A stretch of 62,954 nucleotides of DNA, filler included, from Deltaproteobacteria bacterium (lineage in GTDB: Bacteria; JAUYMQ01): assembly GCA_030698575.1 (NCBI GenBank). It is 6 parts of 6 records of this genome, joined end to end, with 100 filler letters (N's around TTAATTAATTAA, not from the genome) between each part and the next. Parts side by side here need not be neighbours in the genome. Positions count along the whole stretch, not along the records: positions 20,426 to 49,676 come from JAUYMQ010000387.1; positions 49,777 to 56,211 come from JAUYMQ010000389.1; 4 more parts are not named here. One strand, written 5' to 3'. Position numbers and translations under genes: made by a program. The first letter of the stretch is position 1, and the number at the start of each line of letters is the position of its first letter. This document shows, piece after piece, positions 41,990-53,262 of this stretch. Below the pieces are notes generated by a model that had not been told where the DNA came from, searched no databases, and was given only the letters and a program-made list of their open reading frames with translations.

Positions 41990-43267
41990 ATGACGGTAAA
42001 GTCGGTCAAGGGTTTTCGTGACACGCTTCCCGGCGAATCAAACGTCTGGCGCCGTGTCGAAGAGCGGATCAGGGGCGCGTTCCACACCTGGGGCTTTCAG
42101 GAAATCCTCCTGCCCTTCCTCGAGCGCACCGAGCTGTTCGCCCGCTCTCTCGGCGAGACCACCGAAGTCGTCGAGAAGCAGATGTACTCTTTCCAGGATC
42201 TCCGCGGCGAATCGCTCTCGCTTCGTCCCGAGGGAACGGCCTCGGCCGTCCGCGCCTACATCGAGAACCATCTCGATCAAGGCGATCCCATCGTGCGGCT
42301 GTTCTACACAGGCCCCATGTTCCGCTACGAGCGGCCGCAGAAAGGGCGATACCGCCAGTTCAACCAGATGGGGATAGAACTCATCGGCGACCCCTCTCCC
42401 GAAGCTGACGCCGAGGTGCTCTCGCTCCTCGACTACCTGCTTGCCCACGTCGGCGTGACCGACGTGACCCTCGCCATCAACAACCTCGGGCACGCGGGTT
42501 GCCGTCCAGCCTATCTCGATGCGCTTCGCGGCTATCTTGCATCCAGCCGGGAGGACCTCTGCGCGGACTGCCTCCGGAAGGCCGAGCAAAATCCCATGCG
42601 CGTGCTCGACTGCAAGGTCGAGGCGTGCATCGCGGTGGCCGCCGGCGCTCCCTCGATTCTCGATCACGTTTGCGCGGAGTGCCGGGCGCACTTCGAGGCC
42701 GTGCGGGCGCTCCTCGATCTGAACGGCGTGAAGTATGTGGTCGATCCCCGCATCGTGCGCGGTCTCGACTACTACGTGCGCACGGCCTTCGAGGCGACCT
42801 CCTCGCGGCTGGGGGCGCAGAACGCCGTTGCGGCCGGCGGGCGGTACGACGGACTGGTGAAGGCGCTGGGCGGCCCTGACGTCCCGGGGCTTGGCTTCGC
42901 GATCGGCATGGAGCGCCTCCTTGCGCTTCTGCCCGAAGACGCCGACGTTCCCTCCGACCGCCCGAGCGTCGCGATGGTGGGGGCCGGAAGCAACGAGGCT
43001 CGGCAGGCGGCCTTTCTGCTGGCGGATCGGCTGCGCCGGAGCGGCGTCGCGGTGGGCTGGGGCGGTGGGCGAAGCCTCAAATCGCAGCTCCGCCGGGCGG
43101 ACAAGGCGGGCGCGAGTTATGTCATCATCCTCGGCGATGAGGAGCTGGAGAAAGACGAAGTGGTGCTCCGGGACATGCGGCACCAGTCCCAGGAACGCGT
43201 TCCCCGCGCGCGCGTGGGCGACATTCTGTTGAGAAGGCTCGGGCTGGACGAAACAGTAAAGGGTTAG
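41990..43267 (+). CDS. hisS: Histidyl-tRNA synthetase
   Basis: [36 protein letters not shown]. Confidence 0.98.
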   Translation: MTVKSVKGFRDTLPGESNVWRRVEERIRGAFHTWGFQEILLPFLERTELFARSLGETTEVVEKQMYSFQDLRGESLSLRPEGTASAVRAYIENHLDQGDPIVRLFYTGPMFRYERPQKGRYRQFNQMGIELIGDPSPEADAEVLSLLDYLLAHVGVTDVTLAINNLGHAGCRPAYLDALRGYLASSREDLCADCLRKAEQNPMRVLDCKVEACIAVAAGAPSILDHVCAECRAHFEAVRALLDLNGVKYVVDPRIVRGLDYYVRTAFEATSSRLGAQNAVAAGGRYDGLVKALGGPDVPGLGFAIGMERLLALLPEDADVPSDRPSVAMVGAGSNEARQAAFLLADRLRRSGVAVGWGGGRSLKSQLRRADKAGASYVIILGDEELEKDEVVLRDMRHQSQERVPRARVGDILLRRLGLDETVKG

Positions 43268-43311
43268 GCGGGACGCTTCTGTTCCCGGGGCGTGCCCATA
43301 GAGGAACTCTC

Positions 43312-45120
43312 GTGTCGGAACCGCTGGGCGATCTTACGAGAACACACAGTTGCGGCGCGCTCCGGAAGGAAGACGTCGGCCGCGAGGTATGCCTGCTCGG
43401 CTGGGTCGGCCGGCGCCGCGATCACGGCGGCATCGTCTTCGTCGATCTGCGCGATCGGGAGGGGCTCGTTCAGGTGGTTTTCCGCCCCGAGACCCAGCCC
43501 GAGGCGCACGCGAAGGCCGGGCGGCTGCGCAACGAGTTCGTGATCGGGCTGCGCGGCCGGGTGGCCGCACGCTCGCCCGAAACCGTCAATTCCGATCTCC
43601 CCACGGGCGAGGTGGAGGTCGAGGTCGAGACGCTGGCCATCCTGAACGAGTCACGCCCCGTTCCCTTCGAGATCGAGGACGGCGTCACCGCCGACGAGAG
43701 CGTTCGCCTCCGGTACCGCTACCTCGATCTCCGCCGGCCGGAGGCGCAGGGGCGACTCATCCAGCGCCACCGGCTCACGCAATCGGTCAGGCGGTATTTC
43801 GACGAGCAGGGGTTCATCGAGATCGAAACGCCCACCCTCACAAAGAGCACGCCGGAGGGGGCGCGGGATTTCCTCGTTCCGAGCCGGCTCACGCCGGGGA
43901 GCTTCTACGCGCTCCCCCAGTCGCCGCAGCTGTTCAAGCAACTCCTGATGGTCAGCGGCTTCGAGCGCTATTTCCAGATCGTCAAATGCTTCCGCGACGA
44001 AGATTTCCGCGCCGACCGGCAGCCGGAGTTCACCCAGATCGACATCGAGATGAGCTTCGTCCGGCCCGAGGACATCTACGGGATGATGGAGGGGATGATC
44101 GGGGCGATCTGGCGCGACGTGCTGGGAATGGATCTGAAGTTTCCGTTCGGGCGCCTCGCATATAAAGAAGCGATAGAACGCTACGGGGTCGACAATCCGG
44201 ACAGGCGCTTCGGGCTGGAGCTGGCCGATCTTACTGGTGCGCTGGGCGGGAGCGAGTTCAAGGTCTTCGGCGACGCCATTCGCGCGGGCGGAATAGTGAA
44301 AGGGCTCCGGCTGCCCGGCGGCGGCGGGCTCAGCCGGAAGGATCTCGATGAGCTGCCCGAGTTCGTCAAGCCGTTCGGCGCCCGTGGGGTGGCCTGGGTG
44401 CGGCTTCAGGCGGAAGGCTGGCAGTCGCCCATCGCGAAGTTCATCGGGCCGGAGGAGAAGCAGGCGATCGAGTCGGCTCTCGGCGGAAAGCAGGGCGACA
44501 TCCTGCTCTTCGTGGCCGACTCGCCCCGGGTCGTGAACGACTCGCTCGGGAGGCTCAGGCTTCACCTGGGGCAGAAGCTCGGGCTCATCGAAGCGGGCAG
44601 GTTCGAGTTCGTCTGGATCACCGACTTCCCGCTGCTGGCCTACGATCACAACGAGAAGCGCGACGTGGCGGTGCACCACCCCTTCACCTCCCCGCGGGAA
44701 GAGGACGTGCCGCTTCTCGATAGCGACAGGGGCGCCGTTCGCGCGGCGGCCTACGATCTGGTGCTGAACGGCACCGAGATTGGAGGCGGCAGCATCCGGA
44801 ATCACAGGCGGGACGTGCAGCAGAAGATCTTCGCGATCCTGGGGCTGTCCGAGGAGGAGGCAAAGTCCAAGTTCGGGTTCCTGCTTGATGCGCTCTCCTA
44901 TGGCGCGCCCCCCCACGGCGGCATCGCCTTCGGGCTCGACCGGCTCGCCATGATCATCTCCGGATCAACTTCGATTCGCGACGTCATTGCGTTTCCGAAG
45001 ACGCAAAAGGGGGTCGATCTCATGACCGAGGCGCCGAGCCGGGTCGATCCGGCGCAGCTCCGGGAGATTGGCATCCGCCTGGCCGGGAAACCGGACGGCG
45101 GGACAAAGGAGCCCGGATGA
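43312..45120 (+). CDS. aspS: Aspartyl-tRNA synthetase
   Basis: [53 protein letters not shown]. Confidence 0.98.
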   Translation: MSEPLGDLTRTHSCGALRKEDVGREVCLLGWVGRRRDHGGIVFVDLRDREGLVQVVFRPETQPEAHAKAGRLRNEFVIGLRGRVAARSPETVNSDLPTGEVEVEVETLAILNESRPVPFEIEDGVTADESVRLRYRYLDLRRPEAQGRLIQRHRLTQSVRRYFDEQGFIEIETPTLTKSTPEGARDFLVPSRLTPGSFYALPQSPQLFKQLLMVSGFERYFQIVKCFRDEDFRADRQPEFTQIDIEMSFVRPEDIYGMMEGMIGAIWRDVLGMDLKFPFGRLAYKEAIERYGVDNPDRRFGLELADLTGALGGSEFKVFGDAIRAGGIVKGLRLPGGGGLSRKDLDELPEFVKPFGARGVAWVRLQAEGWQSPIAKFIGPEEKQAIESALGGKQGDILLFVADSPRVVNDSLGRLRLHLGQKLGLIEAGRFEFVWITDFPLLAYDHNEKRDVAVHHPFTSPREEDVPLLDSDRGAVRAAAYDLVLNGTEIGGGSIRNHRRDVQQKIFAILGLSEEEAKSKFGFLLDALSYGAPPHGGIAFGLDRLAMIISGSTSIRDVIAFPKTQKGVDLMTEAPSRVDPAQLREIGIRLAGKPDGGTKEPG

Positions 45121-45133
45121 TGGAGGCGCCGCC

Positions 45134-46813
45134 ATGAGCTGGCCAGTCCCCGATCGAACAATTGTCGAGAAGCCCTTCGACGTGGTGATCATCGGCGGCG
45201 GCGTGAACGGCACGGGGGTCGCCCGCGACTGCGCGATGCGCGGCCTGCGCACGCTGCTGCTGGAGAAGAACGACTTCTCGAGCGGGACCAGCTGGGCGTC
45301 GAGCGGCATGATCCACGGCGGCCTGCGCTACCTCGGCTACGACAGGAACACCACGCGGATCAGCTGCGAGGACTCCGGTTACATCCAGGGCATAGCGCCC
45401 CACCTCATCTTCCGCATTCCCTTCCTCCACCCGGTTTTCAAGGGCGATCGCTACGGCCTCGAGCTGATGGAGATCGTCATGAAGGCCTACGACAGCTTCC
45501 GCGAGCTCAAGGGCGGCAAGGAGCACACGCGCCTCACCCGCGACGAGGCCGTCGCCCTCGAGCCCGGGCTCAACCCCGACGTCGCAGGCGCGCTCACCTG
45601 GGACGAGTGGGGCATCGACGTTCCCCGGTTGTGCTTCGCGAACGCCCTGGCGGCGAGAGAGGAAGGCGCGGTCATCATGAACCACGCCGAGGTCATCGAT
45701 CTCCGGCTCGACGGCCAGGGAAACGTGACCGGCCTCAGCGCGCGCCACCTGCTCTCGAAGGAGACCTTCAGCGTCGAGGCGAAGATTACGGTGAACTGCG
45801 CCGGGCCCTGGGTGCCGCGGGTGGCCCAGATGGCGGGCGTCGTAGTGCCGCTCAGGCTCGGGAAGGGCATTCACGTGGTCTACGACCGGCGAATCTCGAA
45901 CATGGCGATCACCGCGCAGGCGATCGACGGGCGCGGCATCTTCCTTTCGCCCCACGAGAACGTCAGCTGGATCGGCACCACCGACGACGATTACTACGGC
46001 GACGTGGATGATCTCGCGGCGACAAACGACGAGGTCGAGTATCTCGTCGAGGGAATGACGCGTGTATTTCCGAAGATTCGCGACTACCGGCGCAGCCGGG
46101 TGACGGTGGGGCTCAGGCCGACGCTCTACGACTGGGGCAAGTACGAGGACGACCTATCGCGCCGGTACGAGGTGGTGGATCACGATGCGCGCGACGGTGT
46201 GGCCGGCTTCGTCACGCTGGCCGGCGGAAAGCTCGCCGCCTACCGGCTCATGGCCCAGGACACGACCGATCTTGTCGCGAAAAAGCTCGGCGTCGAGGCT
46301 TCCTGCCGGACCCACACGGAGCCACTGCCGGGGGCGCACGGTTACGCCGACACGCCGCGGATCGCCGAGACGGCCGGGATCCCGCTCTTCACCGCCGAGC
46401 GCACCGCGTTCCGGCACGGGGATCGCACCGGGCGCGTGCTCGCTTCGATCGAGAAGCACCCTCGCTGGTCGCGCGAGGTCTGCGTATGCGAACAGGTCAC
46501 CGAGGCCGAGGTTCGCCACTGCGTCCGGACGGAGCTGGCCAGCACCATCTCGGATCTCTGGTTCCGCGCCCGGCTCGGCATGGGTTCCTGCCACGGGATG
46601 GGCTGCGCGCCGCGAGCCGCGCAGATACTGGCCGAGGAGCACAATCTCGGGCCGCGCGATGCGCACGAGGAGGTTGCGCGGTTTCTCGAGCAGCGGTGGC
46701 GCGACAAGGTTCCCGCCCTCGACGGCCTCGAGCTGGCCCAGGAAGAGCTGGCGCGCGGGGTCTATCTCGGCGCCTATGGCTACGACGAGTTCCGCGAGGA
46801 CGACGGACATTGA
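45134..46813 (+). CDS. glpA: Glycerol-3-phosphate dehydrogenase, GlpA/GlpD-type FAD subunit
   Basis: IIGGGVNGTGVARD, SSGMIHGGLRYL, GGKLAAYRLMA, C-terminal VCVCE..RLGMGSCHG BFD-like Fe-S motif. Confidence 0.88.
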   Translation: MSWPVPDRTIVEKPFDVVIIGGGVNGTGVARDCAMRGLRTLLLEKNDFSSGTSWASSGMIHGGLRYLGYDRNTTRISCEDSGYIQGIAPHLIFRIPFLHPVFKGDRYGLELMEIVMKAYDSFRELKGGKEHTRLTRDEAVALEPGLNPDVAGALTWDEWGIDVPRLCFANALAAREEGAVIMNHAEVIDLRLDGQGNVTGLSARHLLSKETFSVEAKITVNCAGPWVPRVAQMAGVVVPLRLGKGIHVVYDRRISNMAITAQAIDGRGIFLSPHENVSWIGTTDDDYYGDVDDLAATNDEVEYLVEGMTRVFPKIRDYRRSRVTVGLRPTLYDWGKYEDDLSRRYEVVDHDARDGVAGFVTLAGGKLAAYRLMAQDTTDLVAKKLGVEASCRTHTEPLPGAHGYADTPRIAETAGIPLFTAERTAFRHGDRTGRVLASIEKHPRWSREVCVCEQVTEAEVRHCVRTELASTISDLWFRARLGMGSCHGMGCAPRAAQILAEEHNLGPRDAHEEVARFLEQRWRDKVPALDGLELAQEELARGVYLGAYGYDEFREDDGH

Positions 46814-46841
46814 TTGAAACCGGCACCAGGGAGCATGCGAT

Positions 46842-48227
46842 TTGAAGGTGCGATCCGACATCGTGGTGATCGGCGGCGGGCTCGCGGGCATCACGGCGGC
46901 GATGCGCGCGGCGAGCCTGGGGCGCGAGGTCACGGTGATCCGGAAGGCCTACGGCGCCACCGCCGTCGGCTGCGGCGCCTTCGACGTGCTCGGCACCCAC
47001 GGCGGCGATCTGCTCCACAGCGCCTTCGACCTCCGCAAGGGCGCGCAGTACGCGCCGCCGCATGATCTATTCCGCCTCATCACGCGCCGTCCGGCCCACC
47101 CCTACGCGCTCTTCGTCGAGCAGGACGAAGGCTCGGAGAAAGCCGTCTGGAAATCCTTCCGCCCGCGCTTCGACGTGGCCGCCTCATTCATCCTCGACCG
47201 CCTCGCCAAGGCGGGTTACGAGCTCGAGGGAAGCGCCGAGGCGATCACCCCGCACCCGACGGCGATGGGCACGCTGCGCTGGACGAACTTCGCGCCTGTG
47301 TCGATCCACCGGGGCAACGTCAACGGTTGGCGCAAGGGAGGCGTCGTTTTCGTCGGCATCGACGGCGTGGACACTTTCGACACCGCCTTCGCGAGCCGGA
47401 GCTTGTCGGCCCTCCTCGCGGAGCAGGGCAGCGCCGACGCCGGCAGCTTCGACGCGCGGACGGTGACGCTTCCCTGGGGGCGCAAGCAAGGCGGCATGAC
47501 GCCCGCGGAGGTGGCGCGCGAGCTGGACGATCCCGAGCGGCGGGAGAGCTTCGTCGCGGCGGTCGAGAGCGAGCTTGCCGGCCAGGACGCCGATCATCTG
47601 GTCATGGCCCCCGTGCTTGGAATCGATTCACACGCCGAGACGCTCCATCTGCTCGAGAAGCGCACGGGGGCGCGGGTCTGCGAGCCGATCATTCCCGCGC
47701 CGCATGCGATCCACGGCCTCCGGCTTCAGAAGGCGCTTGATCGTGCTCTCGAGTCGGCCGGCGTGCGGCTGGTCCAGGCGCATGTTGCGGGCTTCGACGC
47801 CGCGGGATCGGTTATCAGGATGCTTCGAGGAGAGGGTGACGATGGCCCGTTCGAAGCCGAGGCCCGACGCTTCGTGCTGGCCACCGGACGTTTCTTCGGC
47901 GGCGGGCTCGTGAGCCAGAACGGAATGAGAGAGACCGTTTTCAACCTGCCCATCTACCACGGCGGCCGGCCCGTCCGCGAGCGGCCGCCCTTCGCCCTCC
48001 TGCGCGAACGTTACTGGTCGCGGCAGCCGGCCTTTGAAGCGGGGCTGCGCGCGGGGCGCGATCTCCGTCCGGTCGACGGGACGGGGCGGGTCGCCTACGC
48101 GAACCTGCACGCCGCCGGCTCGATCTTGGGCGGTTTTGATCTTGCCGCCGACGGCACGGGCCAGGGCGTCGACGCGCTCACCGGTTACGAGGCGGGCTCG
48201 CTTGCCGCGAAGGACGTACAGGCGTGA
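46842..48227 (+). CDS. glpB: Anaerobic glycerol-3-phosphate dehydrogenase subunit B-like
   Basis: VIGGGLAG, GLRLQKAL, FVLATGRFFGGGL, NLHAAGSILGG. Confidence 0.85.
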   Translation: MKVRSDIVVIGGGLAGITAAMRAASLGREVTVIRKAYGATAVGCGAFDVLGTHGGDLLHSAFDLRKGAQYAPPHDLFRLITRRPAHPYALFVEQDEGSEKAVWKSFRPRFDVAASFILDRLAKAGYELEGSAEAITPHPTAMGTLRWTNFAPVSIHRGNVNGWRKGGVVFVGIDGVDTFDTAFASRSLSALLAEQGSADAGSFDARTVTLPWGRKQGGMTPAEVARELDDPERRESFVAAVESELAGQDADHLVMAPVLGIDSHAETLHLLEKRTGARVCEPIIPAPHAIHGLRLQKALDRALESAGVRLVQAHVAGFDAAGSVIRMLRGEGDDGPFEAEARRFVLATGRFFGGGLVSQNGMRETVFNLPIYHGGRPVRERPPFALLRERYWSRQPAFEAGLRAGRDLRPVDGTGRVAYANLHAAGSILGGFDLAADGTGQGVDALTGYEAGSLAAKDVQA

Positions 48228-48670
48228 ACCGAAAGAGATTTCTGACCTACGCATTCCTGGCGAAGTACTACTTCGGCCACCATCTCGGCCGGCTTCTGCC
48301 GTCGCGCCGGAAGCCGGGCGGCGGGCTGGACAAGTTCCTCGAGAACTACCGCGCCGATCGCATTCAGGCGTTGACCCCCGAGGAGCGCGCCGCGTTGCCC
48401 GACATGCAGTCTTGCGTCAGCTGCGGCCTGTGCACGAGCAGTTGCGTTCTCACCGCACCTCCGGGCAACCTGACCGAGACGCCCCCGATCGACCCGCGCG
48501 CGGTGGCTGTTTCGTACTCGCGCGCGATCCCGGAATTCTGGTCGCTGCGCGGCGTCGTCGAGCGCTGCAAGGGGTGCGGGCTCTGCGAGGAAGTCTGCCC
48601 GACCGACACGCCGCTCTTGAGGATGGTCCGCTTCATCGACGACAAGAGCCGGGAGTCCGCCCCGGCCTGA
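48224..48670 (+). CDS. Small 4Fe-4S dicluster protein
   Basis: CVSCGLCTSSC and CKGCGLCEEVCP. Confidence 0.8.
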   Translation: MNRKRFLTYAFLAKYYFGHHLGRLLPSRRKPGGGLDKFLENYRADRIQALTPEERAALPDMQSCVSCGLCTSSCVLTAPPGNLTETPPIDPRAVAVSYSRAIPEFWSLRGVVERCKGCGLCEEVCPTDTPLLRMVRFIDDKSRESAPA

Positions 48671-48698
48671 GAGTTCCGCCGCTCCGGAGAAAGCCCCG

Positions 48699-49676
48699 AT
48701 GCCTGGAACGCCCCTTGCCCCCAGCCCGCCCGCCCGCCTCGAGGCCCTGAAGACACTCTTTCCGCCCGAACGAATCTCGGTCACCACGCCCGATCGCATC
48801 GCCTACGCGCGCGACCTGTGGCCCATGGGGCAGTTCTGGGCGCGGAAGGGCGAGTTCCCCCATCCGCCCGACGCGATCGTCTGGCCTGAAACCCTCGACG
48901 AGATTTCGGCGCTTCTGCGTCTGGCGAACGCCGAGCGCTTTCCCGTGATTCCGATGGGTGCCGGCTCGGGCGTGTGCGGCGGGACGATCGCCATGCAGGG
49001 CGGCGTGATCCTCGATCTGAAGCGGATGAAGCGTGTGCGCGAGCTCGACGAGGCGTCGCTGCTGGTCACGGCCGAGGCGGGGATCATCGGGCAGCATCTG
49101 GAAGAGTGGCTGAACGGTCGCGGCTACACCCTCGGGCACTTTCCGTCGAGCATCTACTGCTCGAGCTTCGGCGGCTGGCTCGCCACACGGAGCGCCGGGC
49201 AGCTTTCGACCAAGTACGGGAAGATCGAGGACATGGTGATGGGGCTCGAAGGGGTGCTCCCTGATGGGTCTCGCTTTTCCTCCAAAGTAACGCCGCGCAC
49301 AGCCGCCGGCCCCCGCTTCGATCAATTTTTTATAGGGAGCGAGGGGACGCTCGGGGTCATCACGGCGGGGACCTGTCGGGTGCGGCCGGTGGCCGAGGCG
49401 CGGCACTTCGCGGGTTACGTTTACCCCGACGTGTCCACCGGACTCCGGGCCATTCGCATGCTCATGCGCGCGGGGCTCGACCCGGCCGCAGTTCGCCTCT
49501 ACGACGAGATGGACACCACGATGACCATGACGGCGCTCGGCCTCGACGTGTCGGGGTGCCTGCTGATTCTCGTCTTCGAGGACGTCCAGGCGCTGATCGA
49601 CGCGAAGACCAGCCTCGCCGATCGCATCTGCCGCGAGCAAGAGGGCTGCCAGCCGATGGGCCCCGGCCCGGGCGAG
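48699..49676 (+). CDS. FAD-binding oxidoreductase, alkyl-DHAP-synthase (AGPS)-like, 3'-truncated
   Basis: PDAIVWP, GAGSGVCGG, GYTLGHFPSS..SSFGGWLATRSAGQLSTKYGKIED, PRTAAGP, GSEGTLGVIT, VRLYDE. Confidence 0.82.
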
Positions 49677-49776
49677 NNNNNNNNNNNNNNNNNNNNNNNN
49701 NNNNNNNNNNNNNNNNNNNNTTAATTAATTAANNNNNNNNNNNNNNNNNNNNNNNNNNNNNNNNNNNNNNNNNNNN
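49677..49776. other. Artificial contig-joining spacer
   Basis: N run with TTAATTAATTAA. Confidence 0.99.
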
Positions 49777-49777
49777 G

Positions 49778-50023
49778 ATCACCGTGCCGGCGGGCGCTTT
49801 CCAGGCCGATGTGCTCACGGTCAGCCTCGAGACGGGGCGCAAGTGGACGTTCTACGTGGAACAGGGCGGGGAGCATCGCATTCTGCGCTGGGAGACAAAC
49901 GACGGAGAGCGCGCCGATCTGATCGCGACCGATCGGCTGAAGTACTGGGAGATGAACGCCGCCAGCTTCGTTTCATCGCTGAAGGACCTGGGGCTCGCAC
50001 CCCGCCCGCCGCGCACGCCCTGA
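49778..50023 (+). CDS. Hypothetical protein C-terminal fragment
   Basis: ITVPAGAF motif; open from contig start. Confidence 0.55.
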   Translation: MTVPAGAFQADVLTVSLETGRKWTFYVEQGGEHRILRWETNDGERADLIATDRLKYWEMNAASFVSSLKDLGLAPRPPRTP

Positions 50024-50137
50024 CACGCCGCCTCGCCGCCCGCTTTCCCCGGCATGGGTCCGGCGAGGCGAATGTCTATTCTTCTGCTTTTACCCGCCGC
50101 CGATTGCCGCTTCCTCGCATCCACGCCATCGTTGCCC

Positions 50138-51133
50138 CTACCAGTTGGGCAGGCCCGACGCGCGCGGCTCCGCCCGCGATGCGATGCCGCTCGATTCGAA
50201 CCACTCGAGGGTGCGGCCGATCCCGGTCCGGATGCCGATCTGCGGGGCGAAGCCGAAAAGCGCGCGCGCCCTGCCGATGTCGGCGAAATGGCGGCGCACA
50301 TCGCCGGGGCGGGGCTCGGCGCGTTTCACGCCTCTGTCGCTGTGTCCCATCAGCTCCGCGAGGATCTCGGCGATCTGCAGGATCGACACTTCCTGCCCGT
50401 AGGCCACGTTCACCACGTCGCCGACCAGCGCGTCGCATTCCGCCGCGCGCACGATGCCCTCCACGGTCTCTTCCACGAAGGTGAAGTCGCGCGTCTGAAG
50501 TCCATCGCCATAGATCACCGGCTGCTCTCCCGCCGCGAGCTGGAGAATGAAGCGGGGGATGACCTCGGCGCGGCTCCCCGCGTAAGGCTCCCGCGGGCCG
50601 TAGGTGTTGAACGGGCGCACGACCGAGACCGGCATGCCGTAGGTGCGATGATAGGCGAGGGCGTACAGCTCGCCGGCAAGCTTGCTCGCCCCGTAGACCG
50701 TCGTGGGGTGGCAGGGATGATCCTCGGACATCGGCGCCGCGAGGGCGGTGCCGTAGATCTCCGAGGATGAAACATAGATGAACCGCCGGACCCCACGATC
50801 GAACGCGGCCATGCACACGCTCAGCGTGCCGCCGGCGTTGATGTCGTGACTCAGAACGGGCTGGTTCAGCGAGGTGCGAAGGCAGGAGATTGCGAGATGG
50901 AACAGGGCTTCCACCCCCTGGCAGAGATCCATCATCCGCTCCCGGTCCGTCACATCGGCCTTCACGATTTGCACGCCCGATCGATTCTCGAGCTGAGCCA
51001 GGTTGTCCATCGACCCGATCGAGAAGTCGTCCACCAGCACGAGGTCGTTCTCCCCGGCGAGCCGGTCGGCGAGGTGGCTTCCGATGAAGCCGGCCGCGCC
51101 CGTGATCAGGATCTTTCGGCCCTTCATGTCCAT
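50138..51133 (-). CDS. NAD-dependent nucleotide-sugar epimerase/dehydratase
   Basis: ITGAAGFIGSH, SSSEIYG, YGASK, RPFNTYGP, IYGDGLQTRDF. Confidence 0.93.
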   Translation of the reverse strand: MDMKGRKILITGAAGFIGSHLADRLAGENDLVLVDDFSIGSMDNLAQLENRSGVQIVKADVTDRERMMDLCQGVEALFHLAISCLRTSLNQPVLSHDINAGGTLSVCMAAFDRGVRRFIYVSSSEIYGTALAAPMSEDHPCHPTTVYGASKLAGELYALAYHRTYGMPVSVVRPFNTYGPREPYAGSRAEVIPRFILQLAAGEQPVIYGDGLQTRDFTFVEETVEGIVRAAECDALVGDVVNVAYGQEVSILQIAEILAELMGHSDRGVKRAEPRPGDVRRHFADIGRARALFGFAPQIGIRTGIGRTLEWFESSGIASRAEPRASGLPNW

Positions 51134-51181
51134 CTCGCCTGGCTCCTTCTCGATCTCGTAACGTCGGTCACCGGACCGGCC

Positions 51182-52108
51182 TCAGTCGAAGCGCTTCCCG
51201 GTCTGTAGTTCATCCTTCAGTTGACGCCACTCTTGCGAGGGCGCTGCTTGACGGCGCATCCCCGTGATCATCACCGTGCCGCCGCGGGCCGCCACCTCGA
51301 TCGCCCCGTCGGTGTGCGCCACGATCGTTCCGGGTGGCTTTTCCACGGCGGGGCCTATGCGCGCGCCCACGAGCGTAACCTGCAGCGGCTCACCGCCCAA
51401 AAGCGTCTCGGGATGCTGCAAGGGGGGAAAGATGAAGGCTCGGAGCCAGCGCTGCAGTTCGGCGGCCGGCCTGCTCCAGGTGACGCGGGTCTGGCCGAAA
51501 TCGATCTCGCCCGCCTTGTGATAGGAGGCAAGCGATGCGTCCTGCGGGAGGCGGCGCGCGAGCGATTCGAATGAGAAGGGGTAGGTCGACTGGAATAGAT
51601 CGACGGCCGCGCCGGTGAGCTTGTCATAAAGAGCGCGCGCGGTGTCATCCGGCGCGACGGGCACGGCGCGCCGGGCGATGAGATCGCCTGCATCGATGGC
51701 CTCGACCATGTGGTGCAGCGATACGCCGGCCTCGGCGTCGCCGGAAAGGACGGCCCAGGCGATCGGCGCCACGCCCCGGTGGCGCGGGAGCAGCGAGAAG
51801 TGGAGGTTCAGGCAGGGAGCTTCGATTCCGGCGAAGAGGTTCCCTCGCAGAATTTGATCGTACTGGATCGAGACGAGCCGATCGGGCGCCCAGGCCGCCA
51901 GCCGATCGACGAACGCGTCGTCGTTGATCCGGCGCGGCTGGGCGAAATCGGCGCCGAGGCGCGCCGCTGCGCCGCGGAACGAGGGCTGCCAGCCGTCCCG
52001 TCCGTCGTCGCCCTTCGTGCCGATGGCCCAGACGTCGTCCCCCTTGCCGGTGAGAAATTCCAGGCAGGCCACGGCAGCCGCGTTCTTCCCGCAGAGGACG
52101 ATCCTCAT
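51182..52108 (-). CDS. Sugar N-formyltransferase (Fmt/ArnA-formyltransferase-like)
   Basis: NLHFSLLPRHRGVAPIAWA, IDAGDLI; located in a sugar-nucleotide operon. Confidence 0.85.
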   Translation of the reverse strand: MRIVLCGKNAAAVACLEFLTGKGDDVWAIGTKGDDGRDGWQPSFRGAAARLGADFAQPRRINDDAFVDRLAAWAPDRLVSIQYDQILRGNLFAGIEAPCLNLHFSLLPRHRGVAPIAWAVLSGDAEAGVSLHHMVEAIDAGDLIARRAVPVAPDDTARALYDKLTGAAVDLFQSTYPFSFESLARRLPQDASLASYHKAGEIDFGQTRVTWSRPAAELQRWLRAFIFPPLQHPETLLGGEPLQVTLVGARIGPAVEKPPGTIVAHTDGAIEVAARGGTVMITGMRRQAAPSQEWRQLKDELQTGKRFD

Positions 52109-53262
52109 GTTGCTTTCCCTGTCCCGTCGAGCGCGTCGCGGAGCGCCTCGACGACGTGGACCTGATCGTCCGCCTCGATGTCCGCGTACATCGGAAGGAT
52201 CAGCGTCTGCGCCGCCGCCCGCTCGGTTTCCGGCAGCGGGCCGCGCAAGCCGACATCGCCGTAGCAGGGCTCCGCGTGAATGGCCATGAGGCCGCGCCGG
52301 CTTGCCACACCGCGGGCGTCCAGAGCTTCGAGAAGCGCGTTCCGGGTTGCGGCGTCGGCATTCAGGTAGCGCACGATATAGGACTGGTAGTTCGGGAGCG
52401 CGTAGTCGGGAACCCTCGGCGCTTCGATGCGGTCGACCTCCGAAAGCAACCTGTCGTAGCGCGCGGCTGCGGCCCGGCGCCCTTCGAGAAACCTGTCGAG
52501 CTGCTCCATCTGGGCCACGCCCACGGCCGCATGGATGTCCGACAACCGGAAATTGTAGCCGATCTCCGGATAGTCCTCGATCACGACGCCCTTTGCACGG
52601 TGCCGCGCCAGATCCGAGAGCGACATCCCCTGGTGGCGCAGCCGCCGGAGCCGCCCGGCCAGCGCGGCGTCCCGCGTCGTGATCATACCCCCCTCGCCGC
52701 AGACGACGATCTTCCGGGGGTGGAAGCTGAAACAGGCGATGTTGGCGGAGCCGCCGATGGGGCGCCCGCGGTAGCGCGAGCCGAGCGCGCAAGCGGCGTC
52801 CTCGACAACGGCCAGAGAGTGGCGCGAGGCCACCGCTTCGATCGCGTCGAGGTCAGCCGGCATGCCGAGCTGATGCGCGACGAGCACGGCGCGAGTGCGC
52901 GGGGTGACGGCCGCAGCCACGGCTTTTGGGTCGAGGTTGTAGGTGGACGGGTCAACGTCGGCGAAGACCGGCGTCGCGCCGCAGTGCACGACGACGTTGG
53001 CTATGGCGATGAAGGAGAGCGAGGGGACGATCACCTCGTCTCCCGGCCCCACGCCCAGCGCATGAAGGGCGAGGAACAACGCTGTCGTGCCGGAGGAGAC
53101 GGCCACCGCTTCGGGCGCCTCCACGGCGCGAGCGACGGCGCCCTCGAACCGCTCCACCATCGGCCCCTGGGTAACCCATCCCGATCGCAGCGCTTCGAGA
53201 ACGAGCGACTCCTCGCGGTCGCCGAAGGTGGGGCGCGCGACGGGAATCCGGCGCTGGCTCAT
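52105..53262 (-). CDS. DegT/DnrJ/EryC1/StrS PLP-dependent sugar aminotransferase
   Basis: SGWVTQGP, VSSGTTAL, VEDAACALGS, FSFHPRK..GEGG, GYNFRLSD. Confidence 0.93.
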   Translation of the reverse strand: MSQRRIPVARPTFGDREESLVLEALRSGWVTQGPMVERFEGAVARAVEAPEAVAVSSGTTALFLALHALGVGPGDEVIVPSLSFIAIANVVVHCGATPVFADVDPSTYNLDPKAVAAAVTPRTRAVLVAHQLGMPADLDAIEAVASRHSLAVVEDAACALGSRYRGRPIGGSANIACFSFHPRKIVVCGEGGMITTRDAALAGRLRRLRHQGMSLSDLARHRAKGVVIEDYPEIGYNFRLSDIHAAVGVAQMEQLDRFLEGRRAAAARYDRLLSEVDRIEAPRVPDYALPNYQSYIVRYLNADAATRNALLEALDARGVASRRGLMAIHAEPCYGDVGLRGPLPETERAAAQTLILPMYADIEADDQVHVVEALRDALDGTGKAT

